In this document: positions 11,624 to 23,152 of the stretch, in pieces
Position numbering within the stretch: position 1 is the first letter of the stretch
Layout: every line of letters starts with the position of its first letter
Assembly (NCBI GenBank): GCA_002269645.1
Contig: NIVC01002133.1
Location: 62,001-126,000, forward strand
Reading direction: 5' to 3'
Length of the DNA: 64,000 nucleotides
Source of the DNA: Macrostomum lignano
Lineage: Eukaryota
The notes under the pieces: model-generated
Told to the model about the DNA's origin: nothing
Database searches by the model: none
What the model saw: the letters and a program-made list of their open reading frames with translations, nothing else
Position numbers and translations under genes: made by a program

Positions 11624-12283
11624 CTGGATGGAGAAGGAAAAAAGAAGAATCATGAAAAATTTTAGGCCATGGAACAGGTGGCATTGAGATGGGGGCACTG
11701 CCCCCCCCCCTCGAAACTACTAAGGGCCCCCTTTGGACGGGTTTTTGGAGGTGAGGTGGTTGCCAGCCTTCCTCGGCTCTCATTGTCTGGCACCAAGCAG
11801 GTGCCCGGTGCCCAGCGCCGATATGTATGCCCAGCGCCTACCCCCTAGCGCCTCCTGCAGGCACCGTGCAGGCACTGGCAAAAGTAGGCTTGTATAGGTC
11901 ACTATATGCATTATATTTACTTAAAGTAGGCTCATATGCATATATTTACATAAACTACACATATTTAAAGACACAAAGTACGCAAAAGTGATAATATTTC
12001 AACACATATCGGTAGGTAAATTCTAGTCGAACATTGCTATGCATTTACATGCATTTGCGCATAAAAGTAGGCGCTAGCGCATAGGCGCATTTGTTGCCAA
12101 AAATGCACACAACATGTATTGGCTGCTAGATTGCGGCTATAGTCTGACCTGTAGCGCAAAAATACTCGAGCTAGTAAGACTTTCAGTTTCAACCCTTCCT
12201 TTGCGAAAATGGTTTCCCGGTAATAAAAAAATAGACAAGATAAAGCGAAAAACGCTAGCTCAACTACTGTAAGCGGTACTTAC

Positions 12284-12459
12284 CGCTCCACGCGCAGGAG
12301 TTCCAGCCTCTGAAGCATCGCCGTGGGGGCCTGCTGCATCAATGGAGTCTGCAGGCTGGACTTTGACCATGCAGCCTCGTCGGTGTATTTGACGGGGTTG
12401 GCTCGAGCTGTCAATGATTTCCGCTGCATCACTGCAGCTGAGCTCACTCCGTTTGTAGC
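12284..12459 (-). CDS. CCDC177: CCDC177/CCDC185-like protein, exon 2 (ATNGVSSAAVMQRK...LQRLELLRVER)
   Basis: attttag| acceptor and CG|gtaagt donor; 176 nt, phase 0 to phase 2. Confidence 0.7.
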
Positions 12460-12564
12460 CTAAAATGTGGGAGTTTGAGGAATGGGCGGGTTCTCACGGG
12501 CTTAATGAGTGAGGCAAGTGTCTGGATGTCCTAGTCTCTTAGTTCCTTGGCATCAGTGTCCTAG

Positions 12565-12741
<177 letters not shown>

Positions 12742-12742
<1 letters not shown>

Positions 12743-12755
12743 TATCCATGGCAAC
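12742..12755. promoter_or_regulatory. X-box (RFX)-like element GTATCCATGGCAAC
   Basis: Fits the GTNNCC-AT-GGNAAC pattern; lies in intron 1, ~20 nt from the donor. Confidence 0.5.
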
Positions 12756-12776
12756 CGCCCCATAGCTGAGACTCAC

Positions 12777-13679
12777 CAATCTTTCTGTCCGCCTCTTCCT
12801 CTCCCAGCGCCTGCCGGAGTCCCTCCTGCGAAGCCCGGAGCCGCGCAAGCCGCCACTCGATCGGCTGAACAGCTGCGGCTCGCTGCCGCCCATCGCCGCC
12901 CACCCACCTGCCCTGCCGTAGGCGGCTGCCCCATGAACCTCTTCTTCATCCGGCTCAGACTCCTCCGTCTCTGCCGCGCGCTGGAACCGCTTCGCCGCCG
13001 CCGGCTTCAACGATCGGTCGTCGTCATCTTGTCGGCGCCGGCCGGCCCAGAGCTGCGGCTCGCTGCCGCCCATCGGCTCGCGCTGCAGTCCCCGAAACTC
13101 ACCGACCTCCGAGCGGCCGCCGCAGTCCTGCTGGCGGCGGACGTCGGTGCCGTTGGAGAAGTTCGCCGGTGCTGGCCGGTCCCGATGGTCCAAGCAGCGA
13201 TCGCTGCCCGACTTTTGAACCGGGGCAAAGGATTCTGGCGAACTGTAAGAGATTCGCACAGACGGCGGCGGCTGCTGCGGCTGTGGCGGCGTTGGGTCCG
13301 TGCGGTCCAACGCGCTCGAGGAGTTCCACCGTCGAGTTGCTACAGCCGCAGCTGGTGATTCAACACTGTCCACGGTCGCCGCCGCCTCCTCGTCGATGAT
13401 GCGCTCCCGTTCGAGTCGGGCCAGCCGCAGTCGGCAGCGACGCTCGGCCTCCAGACGGTCGGACATGGCGGCCAGAGCCGGCGCCGGGAGGTGCGGCATG
13501 CGGCCTCGCAGGCTGTCGGCTGACTGAGCCAGGAGGCTCACCGGCTCCAGGCCGAGGCGTCGGCAGGCCTCGAGGCTGCGCGGGCTGGTGAGCACAAACG
13601 GCAGGCCTTCGAACTCGCTGCTGTCCAAGTTGATCAGGTCCACCCGGGGCAGAGGGGCCGAATCTGCGGCTGTTGACAT
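12777..13679 (-). CDS. CCDC177: CCDC177/CCDC185-like protein, exon 1
   Basis: The N-terminal block DLINLD...FVLTSPRSLEACRRLGLEPVSLL...EAERRCRLRLARLERERII matches the CCDC177 family signature (VLTSPRSLEAC); 903 nt, TTG|gtgagt donor. Confidence 0.82.
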
Positions 13680-13687
13680 GATTTTCT

Positions 13688-14378
13688 GCTGTGGCTGCTG
13701 CTCTGGGGTGTCCGGGGCTGTGGCTGCTCTGGGGTGTCCGGGGCTGTGGCTGCTCTGGGGTGTCCGGGGCTGTGGCTGCTCTGGGGTGTCCGGGGCTGTG
13801 GCTGCTCTGGGGTGTCCGGGGCTGTGGCTGCTCTGGGGTGTCCGGGGCTGTGGCTGCTCTGGGGTGTCCGGGGCTGTGGCTGCTCTGGGGTGTCCGGGCC
13901 TGTGGCTGCTCTGGGGTGTCCGGGGCTGTGGCCGCTCTGGGGTGTCCGGGGCTGTGGCTGCTCTGGGGTGTCCGGGGCTGTGGCTGCTCTGGGGTGTCCG
14001 GGGCTGTGGCTGCTCTGGGGTGTCCTGTGCTGTGGCTGCTCTGGGGTGTCCTGTGCTGTGGCTGCTCTGGGGTGTCCTGTGCTGTGGCTGCTCTGGGGTG
14101 TCCGGTGCTGGCTGCTCTGGGGTGTCCGGTGCTGTGGCTGCTGCTCTGGGGTGTCCGGTGCTGTGGCTGCTGCTCTGGGGTGTCCGGTGCTGTGGCTGCT
14201 GCTCTGGGGTGTCCGGTGCTGTGGCTGCTGCTCTGGGGTGTCCGGTGCTGTGGCTGCTGCTCTGGGGTGTCCGGTGCTGTGGCTGCTGCTCTGGGGTGTC
14301 CGGTGCTGTGGCTGCTGCTCTGGGGTGTCCGGTGCTGTGGCTGCTGCTCTGGGGTGTCCGGTGCTGTGGCTGCTGCTC
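13688..14378. repeat. 26/29-bp GC-rich minisatellite (ggctgctctggggtgtccggggctgt)
   Basis: About 25 units; the unit changes stepwise from 26 to 29 bp along the array; ends ~10 nt from the CCDC177-like ATG. Confidence 0.95.
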
Positions 14379-15089
14379 CTGCCCTCTTGGCTATCTATCT
14401 GCTATTGTTTGTGCCGCAGCTTCTCTACTGCATAGCCTGGCTTAATAAACGAAAGGTGAGAAATTGGACTCACTCTCTCAAAGAAGACTCTTGCTTTCGT
14501 CAGATTTGGCCTCGCATCTTTCTTCTATAAGGTAGCCGCAGATATATAGAGAAGAGTGTAACGGGGTTGGGCTAAAGCACTTGGCAAACAGAACAATTTG
14601 CAGGCTAAGTGCAGTCAGATGGAGAAAAGACTGGCTATGCAGAGGTAGGAGAGACAGAGAGAGCTCAGCGATATTGTCAGGCCTAGGGCTGGGGCCGCGG
14701 TTGGTTGAAAACTCATAGCTCTGAGCATGTTCTCCATTCTCAGCGTGAGCTCCAATGCGCACTGGCTTGTTCCTGGGGGCAGAGGGTGAAGAGAGCTGCA
14801 TGGCAGAGACGGGATAGCCAAGTAGGCAGGGAGAAGGAAGCTGGACTCAAAGCAGAGGAATGCAATGCGATCACGGGGAAGCTGTAAAAGTCGTGTCCCA
14901 ACTGTGCCAATAAAGTTTGCCGGGCCAAAACCAGGAACCAGGGAACAGCTTTCAGTTCCGTAAATGATTCATAACTTCCTGATCGATCAGCAGTGCCAAT
15001 GAGAAACGAATCAGCAGGCTGCATGATACTCTTCGAGTCTTCATGTGTTGGCAGTGCTTACAGTTCACTGACTAATTTATATGACAAAG

Positions 15090-15680
15090 CCAAGAATTAT
15101 ACATGACTAAATTCCTACATTATTTCGGGAATTGGTGCCGTTAGCACTCATTTTGGCGCCGCAGGCACTCATTTTAGCGCTGCAGGCACTTAATTCAGCG
15201 CCACAAGCACACATTTTGGCGCCGCAGACAGGCACTCATTTTGGCACCACAGACACACTCATTTGGCGCTGCAGACTCGACAGTCATTTGGCGCCGCAGA
15301 AAATTATTTTGGCGCTGCAGACTCGACAGTCATATGGCGCCACAGACAGACACTCATTTGGCGCCGCAGACTCGACAGTCATATGGCGCCACAGACAGAC
15401 ACTCATTTGGCGCCGCAGACTCGACAGTCATATGGCGCCACAGACAGACACTCATTTGGCGCCGCAGACTCGACAGTCATATGGCGCCACAGACAGACAC
15501 TCATTTGGCGCCGCAGACTCGACAATGATTTGGCGCCGAAAGCGCTTTATTTTAGCGCCCTGTTGCAAAATTATTGTTTTGATAACGGGTCACCAGGTAG
15601 GGGGTGGGGGGCAAGCATAGCTTTTACTGGGTGGACATGCCCCTCCACCCTGTCCCAACCCCGGTGGCGACGCAACTGCC
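15090..15680. mobile_element. Dispersed non-autonomous element (copy 1) with an internally expanded 21/49-bp repeat
   Basis: Both flanks and the internal repeat align by eye with the reverse complement of 60810-61176. Confidence 0.7.
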
Positions 15681-18600
15681 TCAGCTGTATGAAACACCCA
15701 AGTGCCTAAAAACCCTCATCATGTTGGCCCTGTAGGATTGCAAGCAAGACCGCAAGCTACAGTGTTGACACAATTCCCGTTAAACTTTCTAGCTTAGCAC
15801 TTTTATATATAAAATTCGAGTTTTTATTTATCATACGTCGAGCATCTTAATTTTAGAAATAGTTGACTTTAAAACCATAATCATAATAATCATAATTAAT
15901 TAATTTATTATTACAATTGAAATGGCAACAAATCTCTGAGCCACAGAATTCAAAATAACTAATATGTATATTTACCATATAATATAGATATAGATATTCA
16001 TCAATACCAGCATATGTACGCTCAGCACTCTAGCAAAGCAAAGGGGGCAAAAAAGAAAATTGAGCAAAACTGATGACAACACTTGAAGCTGTGCTGAAGA
16101 CAAAAATTTGAGAACTTGTTAAGCACACAACCCGGCGCAGATGGCGAGGCCAAAAGGCAAACAGAAGCGGCTCCACCCCTGGGTTTGAGTTTAACTGCAG
16201 AGGCCGGCTAAGGAAATTCAATAGCGTTGCAAGGGAAATTGCTGCGCCTAGTGTGTATAGTATTAGTAATGCATTTCTTGCATGCAAGGTCGAGCAGTCC
16301 GTGGTTCGAGTCCAACAACTGATAAACCCAAATCAATCAATTGCGATTCTCCTCACTGACTATTTGAAAAGTAGGCAAAACAGTAAACCATTAAACTTAA
16401 AAATAGTATGTGTGGAGGCAAGAATTTTCGTGAATTACTATTTATCGTGTTCTCCCGATATGTATAGAAAAACGATATAATTTCTCCGAGTAGGAAGGTT
16501 GAAAGGTCAGTGCCGCTATTGCCTATCATAGAATCAATAAGAAGCAAAGCAGAGCTGCAAAATAGCATCAAATATTGAGATTGTGGCAGTTTTACGACAA
16601 GCAAATTTTAAATGACTACAGCATTTACTGTTTCAAGAGTTAAAATTGAAAGCCCTTGCTAGGTAGCACAGTTAAAGACAGCAAATAAAATGATTTTTTT
16701 ATTGGAGTCTTCAATCGAATAATGCAATAACAGCTATGCGAATTCAGTAAAATTCGAATAAAAATTCCCAGCCTATGACGTCATTGTCTAGAATGTACCA
16801 GCGCGTTTCGGTAATAATTTACTGATATTTCTACTTAGTCAGTAGTTGCCAATAGAAAAACTTTTTCTTGGAAAATATTTGAAGGCTATATTTGACTTAA
16901 CTTCTTTTTAGGTCTTTTCAAAGATCTTTTTAGGAAATCGTCCAATTTAAAATTTATAACTAGACCGTGCTATTTTTGTCTAAAAATGAACTTCTTTATC
17001 TCGATTGCACTTTTTCACGCAAACCCCAGCCTTCAAAGATTTTCTAAGAACCGCATTTCCCCCTTCTTTTACAGTAAATAAGTGGCCATTGCCACAAATG
17101 TGGTCAATTACAAAGCACGGTCAGACCCCCGCAGCCAGCTGCCTGGACACCCTGTCTGTCAACAGCTGATCCAACTGTCGCTCCCGACGCCGAACGCAGC
17201 TAAATGCGACTAAGAATAGAAGCAGCGAAGCGCCCTGTGCGACAAAGAACTTCACCCGTTCACTGGCACTGTTAGCCGGCACCTTCGGCTGGCAGGAAAT
17301 CCAGGCTGCTGGACAGCCGCTGGAGCCTCCAACGAGACGCTTGAAGCCGGTGTCAGCGCATGCGGCCGCCATGACGCTGCCGGCAGTCAGCTGACTGGCG
17401 ACCCGCTGCTCGAATTCGGTGCACGGCTGGCAGGCCTGGCTGGGATAGTCTGATGCAGCCTGTTGCTGCTGCAGCAATGCGGCGCAGCTTGCGGTTGCTG
17501 CGCTGTGTAAATTGCTTGATGCAGCAGGTGCCGATGCGGGGGAGACTGGCAGAGCAGCTGGCGGTCCAGCGTGCTGCTCATGCTGGTGCTGCATCAGAGT
17601 GTCCTCAAGGTAGAGAACGGCAATGCAGAGTCTATGGACAAAATAGGTAAATTATACTTTGACTGAATTATTACTTTGATATATGATCGTATGCAAAAAA
17701 AGAGTTACTCACATCATTAGACTACTAATAGTAGCCATCATAATTTTCTTAGTGCAGTACTCAATCATTTCTTTGCATGCAGTTTAATTGTCCTGTCATG
17801 CAATAATGAGCAAAAAGGCATATTATAATTTTTAGTATTGTCAAAGTACAAATAAAACCATTTGTTCTATTTGAGCACCTATACTAGCAATCATTACCCA
17901 AGCCCCCTATTGGGAAGGTAACAAAGAAAGGAATAAAAAATGAATAAACTACAGGTAGAGTTTGACCTTGTACAGTCACTAAATAGTCTAATCATGCTAA
18001 TTGGTCTAAGATATCAGAATCCCCTGTGAGCTTTGGCATCAAAGCCTCCTCTTAAGCATGACTTAACCTTAACTCACTTTGATCTATCTTTAGCTTAGCT
18101 TAATAGCAACTCCCAATTGACTCTTGGCATCTCAGCAATCATCTCTCAGTCTATAAATGATAAGCTTGATCATTATTTTAGTATAAATACAAGCTCAACT
18201 GGCAACTTAGGCCTTTCAATTCTTTTTTCTTCAGTTTCCTTCTTTACTAACCACTCATTCAATTTTCAATAATAATTAATTGTTAATTTTGACAATTAGT
18301 CTAGACTCAAAATTGAATAAGTACATTTTTTTCATAATTCTTATAATGAATTTGATGAAAAAACTGCTTGACTTTTGCAAATAGCACCTTTTCTTTTATT
18401 GAATCCCTTTAGCATTGAGCTATTTATTACCTATAGCTATGATATATACACTATCAAATGAAAATTTCTAATTGGATAATGCAAGTTTTATGAAAAAATT
18501 GAGTCATTTTTATTCTAAAACCAATCATTGTAATAAATACAAATAAAAGATAAAATAAGCCTAATTATAAAAGATAAAACAAAATTTGAATAAAATAACA

Positions 18601-18847
18601 ATGAAAATATGCTATAATATTAGGCCTAATTCTATCAAGCTATATAAGCAATATCCCTATAGTTATTATAGTTATAGCCAATGGCCATTATCATAAACAA
18701 TATTTAATGCAAATAGGTTCCAATCACTTTGTCAATTGCCAATTATCTATTATTAACTTATCTACTAAAATATACAAGGTAAACTTATCTGCCAATAGGG
18801 CCTAACTTGTCTATTGCCAACTTGTCTACCAATAATACCAATTTCAA

Positions 18848-19214
18848 AGGGGGGCTGTTGCCCAGCAGTCTAGTGCAGGCTCTAGTGTGCTAGTGACCGT
18901 GGCTTGATTCCAAGTGTAGTCACATTAATTTGAGGCTGAATTGGAATCTTAGCTTGGCTCTGCTTGTGCAATTAATGGCCTTGAGAGCCAACCCCCCAAG
19001 GCGCAGTGAAATGTATATGTCTAACAATAAAATAAAGTTAGGGCCACTGTATACTCCTGTGTGAGTGTGTGCCTGCGTACATATCTGCATGCTTGTATGC
19101 CTGCTTAGGGGACTAGGGAGTCGGCAGAATAGGCAGTAATGTCTCTTGCTAGTTGTGTGCCTATGCTGCTTAAAGTGTGCCAGGGTGCATACAACCCCCT
19201 GCCTCTAATTAAAA
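18848..19214 (+). mobile_element. Degenerate tRNA-derived SINE candidate
   Basis: 14-bp direct flanks aataccaatttcaa (18834-18847 and 19215-19228); A-box-like ttgcccagcag and B-box-like ggcttgattcc at tRNA-like spacing; short A-rich tail. Confidence 0.6.
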
Positions 19215-19303
19215 AATACCAATTTCAAGAACTTGGGTATTTTTTGGATTTTCAGAAATATTGTTTAAAACATTTTAATTACGCCTATAATTAAATATGA
19301 ATT

Positions 19304-20685
19304 GGCAGTGCTTATTTAGCCAGCACTGGCCAAATAAGTTCGCTACTATTTAGCTGGCAGTCTTGCCCCATTGCCGGTCAAATAAGCTCGTCACTATTTA
19401 GCTGGCAGTCGTGCCCCATTGCCGATCAAATAAGCTTGTCACTATTTAGCCGGCAGTCCTGCCCCACTGCCAGTCAAATAAGCTTGTCACTATTTAGCCG
19501 GCAATCCTAGCCCCCAATGGCCACGCCATTATATATATGGCAGTGCTTATCCCCACGGTACCATAGGAATAATTTTTGTCTTATTCCAATTGTACCATGG
19601 GGATAATTTTCTGCTTATCCGCATGGCACATAGACAAGATAGCTGCCCCATCTTCTACATATGCCGTGGGAATAATTTTCTGCTTATCCGCACGGGTGAA
19701 TTGTTGAAGCAATGCAATAATCTATACAAACAAATTGAGAATTTACATGTCTAGTAAGAAGTCTACAGAAGCAGCGGCAATGGACTTTTCAGGGATGTCG
19801 GGATTAGACTAGTTGCTAAAAGTTTTTAAATTGTAAACAATTACTAGAGCAATTCATCTTAAATCATATGTCCTAAATACAAAAAAGTGTTTTTTGCGTA
19901 AAAAGGCCATTAAATCTTTACTTCTATAAAAATAATGGCCAAGCAAAGTTATGTTGTTATACTGCACTCAAACTGTAAGTACTAAACTAAATTATGAACC
20001 CACGGCATATGTAGAAGATGGGGCAGCTATCTCATCAGTGTGCCATGCAGATAAGCAGAAAATTATCCCCACGGTACCGTTGGAATAAGACAAAAATTAT
20101 TCCTACGGTACTGTGGGGATAAGCACTGCCTTAATTTATTCAAGATATTTAAACTTTGGGCAATACAAAGTAGGTATAGCAAATATAAATCAATGCAGAT
20201 TCAGTACAATTTATTACTTGCCTTCAAGTTTGTTTAATTGTTTCAATGTTTCTGGAAGTCTTGCATATTTCGGAAATTATTTGTACACAATTGTAGCAGC
20301 AGAAGAGTGAAGACACACAAACAAATTAAAAATTAATCATGCAGCATGTTTTACTTTCACTTTAATCTCTAAATCAAAAACACTCATTAAAGCCAAAAAA
20401 CCACTGCAAACACCTTTATTGAAAAACTCCAAAATTGTAGTATAAATAATTAGCTTGTAGTATGTTAAATTATTAATTTAAGGTCATGATGAGCAGTGCG
20501 CAGTTATAAAATGTATTTTGACCAGCGTGGCCATTGGGGGCCAGGATTGCCGGCTAAATAGTGATGAGCTTATTTGACCAGCAGTGGGGCAGGACTGCTG
20601 GCTAAATAGTGACAAGCTTATTTGACCAGTGCCAGCTAAATAGTAGCGAACTTATTTAACCGGTGCCGGCTAAATAAGCACTGCC
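19304..20685. mobile_element. MULE(Mutator)-type MITE, 1.38 kb, with long TIRs and a perfect 9-bp TSD
   Basis: Termini GGCAGTGCTTATTTAGC... inverted at both ends (~180-220-bp TIRs built of ~46-bp subrepeats); TSD ATATGAATT at 19295-19303 and 20686-20694. Confidence 0.9.
19539..20130. mobile_element. Nested MITE (592 bp, ~160-bp TIRs) inside the 1.38-kb element
   Basis: GGCAGTGCTTATCCCCAC... inverted at both ends; shares the terminal 12 bp with the host element; no clean TSD. Confidence 0.85.
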
Positions 20686-21809
20686 ATATGAATTATTATT
20701 AATAATTATTAATTAATAATTCACATAATATAATAAAACAATTAAATAATTAAAATAAAAGGGGTATCCAGCATGGTTCAGACCTTGGTTGCAATAGGTA
20801 TCTATGTCTGAGCCTGTGAAAGGATCAAAGTTTGCCTATGCACTTAAAAACAAATCAATAATTTTTTAGTCAGGATGGTAGGTAACTTAACTTGTCTGCA
20901 CTGGAAAAACCTGCTTAGGAAAATTCCCAGAAAACAGCATTAGAGGAAATCTAGAGAATAGATACTTTAGATTATTCTAGATTCTAGAAGACACTAGAAA
21001 AATAATAATTTTATATTGCAGCATGCTTAGCTTAACAGGCTTAAGAATCATAAAAAATTTAAGTTGCGAAAAGTTAAAAAAATACTCTTTATTCATAAAA
21101 ATAAAAAAATAGCTTTAGCCTGTGAAATAGCTTTATTATGTTTTGTTTTATGCAGTTATATGTGTCGGCACGATTTCAAGTTCAACGAAACCCGAGGTGA
21201 ATCTTAAACAGAGTTCACTCAGTCACTCACCTGATCGACAGACGAAGCAAGAGCCAAGTAGGCTTATTATTATCATATTACTAGCTAGCTTATTACTTAC
21301 TAGCCGGAGTATATATGAACATTATTTTAGACGCGCTCCTGTGTAGTCCTGAGCAGTTTTGTTGTATTATATGTTCTTAAACTCCCAACGTCGTGACAAC
21401 GTTCCAAGATAGGGCCTAGCTGCAACTGCAAGCAATTTTTTGTGCTTGTGTTACATGTTGACAGCATTACTAGGCCTAGTAAAATGGTCATGGAAGTCAA
21501 ATTCGGATTTTCTGCTGTTGTATTTGTCTACATCAAGTAATAAATTCTGATTTAAAAGTACTGGTTTAAATTATTTTCAATAACAATGTGTTAAAGTCAA
21601 AGAGATCATGTGAAGTCTAAATATCATTTAGTACCAATCATAATCAGACCTCCAGAAAGATATTTAAAGTTATTTCTAGTATTTTTCCATTCCATTTGTT
21701 AAATATTTCTTGAATATTAGAATAGTAATAAACAAGTTGAATAGGCCTACATTTTTCATCTTGAATTTTTAACATATGATATATAATCCTTTTGCCTATT
21801 GCATTAGGT

Positions 21810-22384
21810 GGATGCCCGTCAAAACAGCCACATGCGGAATGGCCACACGACAAAACGGCCACACTGTCAAAATGGCCACATAACAAAATGGCCACATAAA
21901 ACAAAAAGGGTTGCAGATCAACTTTGTTCTATTTGTTATGTTAAGGAAGCTTCGTTATATTAATTATTTTTAGCTTTGGTACTTGCATCAGCATCAAAAT
22001 GCAAAAGAAGTGAATGCATTGAGATATTGTGAAATTTATGTAGGCCGAAAAGGATCCAAAAAGGAAGCACCAGAGAAGCGAAGACAAAATTGTATTTTAT
22101 GGAGCAACCAACAGTTATGCAAATTTTTAAAATATGCTAAAATAGTTATGTAAGAAAGTTAAAAAATGCTAAAATGGTTCACAAAGTATCACAAAGTAAA
22201 ATTTACCACAAAAGTTAAAAAGTTAAGAGCTTAAATGTCACTCAAAGCTGCACTAAAAAATTCCTGTTGCAATCATCTCCAGCAGCATTATTACATTGTG
22301 TGGCCATTTTGTCGTGTGGTCGTTTTGACGGTATGGCCATTTTGTCGTGTGGCCGTTCCACGTGTGGCCGTTTTGATGGCACCC
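21810..22384. mobile_element. MITE with ~85-bp TIRs made of caaaa(c/t)ggccaca subrepeats; probably MULE-type
   Basis: Inverted termini GGATGCC.../...GGCACCC; 9-bp flanks gcattaggt / ccattgggt (7 of 9 identical). Confidence 0.75.
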
Positions 22385-22654
22385 CCATTGGGTACTATGA
22401 ATATGATCATTTTTGGTTCCAGCCAAAGTCGTCATATTCGAGATCATCATCTGCGGCTTATGAGAAAAAAAACTAAATTATCTAAATTGTCATTATCTCA
22501 GTATTGGACAATGCTGCATTCACTTCACTAAATCATCATATTGTGTTGCATTGGCTGCACAAGGATCTTGCTCATGGCGGCAACGTGTTCTTGTTTGCCA
22601 ACAAATTAAAATGATTTATAACTCCATATCTATCTGCATCTTAGCAATGTTATG

Positions 22655-23152
22655 CCTAAGGTGGAAATTTTTAACTTCAAATGTGCTATGTAATAGGTGA
22701 TTTGTGAAGTATTCCCCACCACAAGGAAACAAGGCTGCCTATTTCATTTCATTAGATCCACGAATGATGCCAGGCTGCTCTGGCTAGTAGAATACATTGA
22801 GATGACTTGGCTGACATATCCTGTGTAGACCAAGACAAATGTTAGCATTTTTTGGCAGAAAGTATGCATAAATAATGAAAAAGGCTAGCATCGTTGGGTG
22901 AAGAACAGAGCAGGCAATGCAAATGTATATATGCTATTCCAGCTGCTATACAAGGAGGCCAATGTTGCTGCTATACAGGTGGAACTAGTACTACAGGGCT
23001 CCAAAAGTTGCAACCATTGTGCAAAATATGCCAAACTGCAGATGCGACTCAGTGAGCTATGGAGATTGTACATAGCTGGGCAGCAGAGCATCCACAAATT
23101 CCTACGTGCCTGCAGTCAGCTTCAGCCTGAAGGATTACAAGCTTTTGCTTAA
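22655..23152 (+). pseudogene. Decayed MULE transposase (C-terminal DDE region)
   Basis: One frame reads PKVEIFNFKCAM**VICEVFPTTRKQGCLFHF...YIEMTWL..V*...SIFGRKVCINNEKG*HRWVKNRAG...LFQLLYKEA...LWRLY..G.....KFLRACS. This matches the MULE motifs VFP...GC.FH and RTNN..EGWH; it has four in-frame stops and an internal deletion. Confidence 0.82.

Noticed and set aside
12776-12907. Alternative frame ...ALGEEEADRKI, resembling the CCDC177 DRKIAALM motif and suggesting a frameshift or 35-nt intron
   Set aside because: The two downstream exons give coherent, coiled-coil-like protein only in the main ORF frame (phases 0 then 2), and no AALM continuation follows.
21160-21400. Possible solo LTR (TGTCG...TCGTGACA ends)
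   Set aside because: No matching 4-6-bp TSD, PBS or second copy in the window.
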